From contig OZ024764.1 in assembly GCA_964016885.1 (NCBI GenBank), positions 7,130,001 to 7,194,000 on the forward strand: 64,000 bases of DNA. Reading direction: 5' to 3'. The stretch's first letter is position 1, and each line of letters opens with the position of its first letter. Position numbers and translations under genes: made by a program. A model generated the notes under the pieces. It ran no database searches and was not told the DNA's origin. It worked only from the letters and a program-made list of their open reading frames with translations. This DNA is from Eledone cirrhosa. Taxonomy: Eukaryota. Below, in pieces: positions 63,799 to 64,000 of the stretch.

Positions 63799-64000
63799 CT
63801 GATAAGGAGAAAAGAGTTGATAAATATAAAATCATAATACACAAATAAATAAAGATATGTGTATAGTTTTTATAGCATTTAGGTTGTGGCCATGCGAGGG
63901 CAGTAACTTTTGAAAAGTTTTTATTTATTTATTGGGATTGCACCGCAAGCACGATCCTCCCAAGACATGAAGAAATACTCTGACTAACCAGGAAACTACA

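Overview
Repeat-saturated animal genomic DNA. The SINE, RTE and MITE families resemble those of octopod cephalopods, which is inferred from recognition and not from a search. There is one host gene: the 3' part of a neprilysin-like M13 zinc metallopeptidase on the minus strand. I traced 12 GT-AG exons from 63798 to the stop at 26259 (1005 nt, 334 aa), in frame across every junction, with the VNAFY, HEIFH and ENIAD motifs. The rest is RTE, Tx1/L1, Penelope, CRE-like and mariner relics, tRNA-type SINEs, MITEs and about 15 minisatellites. Most notable: (1) a 5.9-kb array of about 128 copies of the gene's own 3' splice site, directly upstream of a 46-nt exon; (2) three separate palindromes, each holding a back-to-back pair of minimal hammerhead ribozyme motifs, two of them inside the gene's introns; (3) most minisatellites trace to 45-72-bp slices of the local transposon or gene sequence; (4) the peptidase has Tyr at the neprilysin His711 position, Asn at Asp590, and has lost both cysteines of one disulfide. 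Exon coordinates were counted by hand. Repeat boundaries and copy numbers are approximate.
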